Source: Octopus sinensis (lineage: Eukaryota). From it: DNA of 64,000 nucleotides. Position numbers and translations under genes: made by a program. This document shows, one piece after another, positions 61,915 through 64,000 of the stretch. Positions within the stretch are counted from its first letter, which is position 1. Each line of letters opens with the position of its first letter. The DNA is taken from NCBI RefSeq assembly GCF_006345805.1, contig NC_042998.1:163928001-163992000 (forward strand). The letters run 5' to 3'. Under the pieces are notes generated by a model. That model was not told where the DNA came from, ran no database searches, and saw only the letters and a list, made by a program, of their open reading frames with translations.

Positions 61915-63800
61915 AAAAATTCTTTATATTTCCCGATAGGCGATCAGGGCTACCGGATATCGAATAAGTATACAAAAGTTAAAGAATGGAGTAGATGAGA
62001 TCCGGGCTAAATATGTTTCATTGCGAGTGGATCCTCGGAAGTGGTAGATACCCAAGCGAGATTCATACCGCAGTCTACTCGTCAGGCCAAGGGCATCTTG
62101 ATTGAATGAAAGTTTACATTGTCGCAAGGAGGTACTTGTTAACACATGGAAGAATCCATCAGAATGTGTGGACAGCACAGAAAGAGTGGATAATATAATG
62201 TAGAAAGAAATTAGGAATAAAAATAAAAAATAAAAAGAATAAAAATATAAGGGAGTAAAAAGAATGAGGAATTTAAGCAAGGTCATTTGACCGGTAGTAT
62301 TCAAAAGGGCTATTTTGGCCAAATCAGAGATTAGCAAGGGGAGTGGTATTTGAAAAAAAAGACAATGTGGAGAGAAGAGGGTGAGGAAATATTCGTGGTC
62401 AAGAGGTAGGAAATGTGGTCAAGTATCAGAGTGGAAATCTAGACAGAATGGGGGAAGAATTGTAGCGACAACCACTATCAATGAAGGAATATATATTGTT
62501 GTGTGCGGTGAGCATGTTTACGATATGAATTAGTAGAGGTGTATGTAGGCGTATGTACTTGTAAGTTTACAGAGGGGGGTGGAGGGGGATACAGATGAAA
62601 TAAGAGAAAAAGGTTATAAATGGTAAGGAGAAATAAAAAGAGACGTATATAAATAACAATAAGGAATTAAAGGGAATTAAAGGGTGGTTTAATATATAGT
62701 TGTTGTGAGGGGTAAATATGGGAGAAAAATTTAGGAAGGTTAGGGGAAAAGATGCAGTGTGTGGGGGAAATGTTGTTATTTGTATTTTGAGAATAGATTT
62801 ACTGATCGATGTTTGCAGGCAAAGATTGTACTGCTGCTTTCATTAAAACAATCCGTGTATTGCGTAAGAGCTAAGACCTCGGCTATGCAGAGATCACACT
62901 TGCTATTATAGCCACTGTGTGGTTTGGGGTGGGTGACTATGGGCCACTTGAGAGTGTTAGGAGTTGAATCATTCTTTAGTTTATAAATAAGCTGAAATGT
63001 GCTGTTGGATTTTGTTTGGGACTTGAAACTGGAGTAGTGGTTGCTCCTTCTGGCTTTGAAGGTGGTGCTGCACGAGCCGATATGTAAGTAGTTACAGTTG
63101 GCAGTTGATACTGTACACTTTTAAACGATGTTTTTTTGTGAGACAATGATTATCTAAAGGACAGGAGGTTGGGCGTCTGAAGCTGCATAGGTGTGTAGAG
63201 AGAGTTCCGGATGAATTTGTTGCTGTTTAGTGAGGAACCGGTGTTAGGTTCGTAATTAGTGGTGGCGTTAAGATTAGTATTTGTTAAGAAGTTGAGGATG
63301 GCGTTGTGGGGGTGTATAATGTGATAGTTATCATGTGCGGTGGTATCGTCTGTATCGTTCTTAATTTTTACATGAGGTATAGTTGGGCGAAGTGGTAAAT
63401 TTAAGGAGCGGGTGTTAGTAGTGGAATTACAGCTAGAGTTGTGAGGGTTAGTGTTGGTAAGGGGGTCAATTGGTGTTCTGGATTGATATGTATGGAACTG
63501 GGGATTATGTTGAGCTATGATATTAGGGTGGGGGTTAGCTGGTTGTGGATTTCCGAGTTTCTTGTTGTTAAGATGTCGGATTATTCCGGCAATGTTATTG
63601 TTGTTGTTGGTGGTGGTGGAGTACAACAATTTTATAGATTGGGGGTTAAATACTTTTGTAACAGGGCTAGATTTAGAGAAATGTTTTTCGAGTAGGGCAA
63701 AGAAGAGTTTAGGTACTCGAGCCTGGACATTAATAGCGAAGGGTGGAATGGAACCAGAGAACGTCCCGGGTTCTTGTTCGTTGCACACCCACATACATCA
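61915..63800 (-). mobile_element. 5'-truncated Penelope-like element: RT C-terminal region, GIY-YIG endonuclease, pyrimidine-rich 3' UTR and terminal HHR
   Basis: PPFAINVQARVPKLFFALLEKHFSKSSPVTKVFN..SIKLLYS (63150-63794), then KNIV*KCTVSTANCNYLHIGSCSTTFKARRSNH...LKW...SKCDLCIAE...FACKHR (about 62790-63140). Confidence 0.88.
62005..62088 (-). ncRNA. Type I hammerhead ribozyme at the PLE 3' end
   Basis: Minus strand GGC-CTGACGA-gtag-ACTGCG...CGCAAT-GAAAC-ATAT-TTA-GCC; CUGANGA and GAAA intact, 16.2 mismatch. Confidence 0.6.
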
Positions 63801-64000
63801 GTTGGCAATTAAACTATCATAGTGGTGAGTAGCCTAATTTTTATATTTGTACTTTATACGACTCTTCATTAAGTAAACGATGTACTGTTTATGTGTCACA
63901 CAGCGTGAATCAGCAGTAATAATTTGCTATTAGAGACGGAAGCAGGATTAGTTCTGAATAGCATTCTGCACATCCAACTTAATGTGGATGTACTGTAGAA

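Overview
Repeat-saturated, AT-rich eukaryotic DNA, very probably from an octopus. The evidence is three abundant tRNA-headed SINE families of the type I recall from Octopus, a very heavy (TA)/(CA)/(TATG) microsatellite load and TTAGGG-type repeats. I cannot support any intact host gene; there are only a few weak exon candidates, so the window is probably intergenic or a large intron. Most ORF-track entries are microsatellite or SINE artefacts. Recognisable decayed transposon proteins: Helitron Rep/PIF1 helicase (5944-7680, -), hAT transposase (10925-13506, -), two mariners (9317-9882, 43765-44555), an RTE endonuclease (22150-23000), a CR1/L2/Jockey-like RT (32830-33780, -) and two Penelope-like (PLE) relics (28930-29400 and 61915-63800, -). 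The main unannotated signal is a dense set of type I hammerhead ribozyme (HHR) motifs: about ten clearly foldable copies in several architectures. They include an intact-core HHR inside a highly structured ~430 bp retrozyme-like element (32397-32482), an HHR in the body of a tRNA-headed SINE with a 5' inversion (44553-44860), and three different HHRs that share the core variant CCGANGA. A second unexplained signal is a decayed 15-nt-periodic pentapeptide-repeat coding relic (14221-14590). All alignments and folds were done by eye; no database searches or folding programs were run, and element boundaries are approximate unless a TIR or TSD is quoted.
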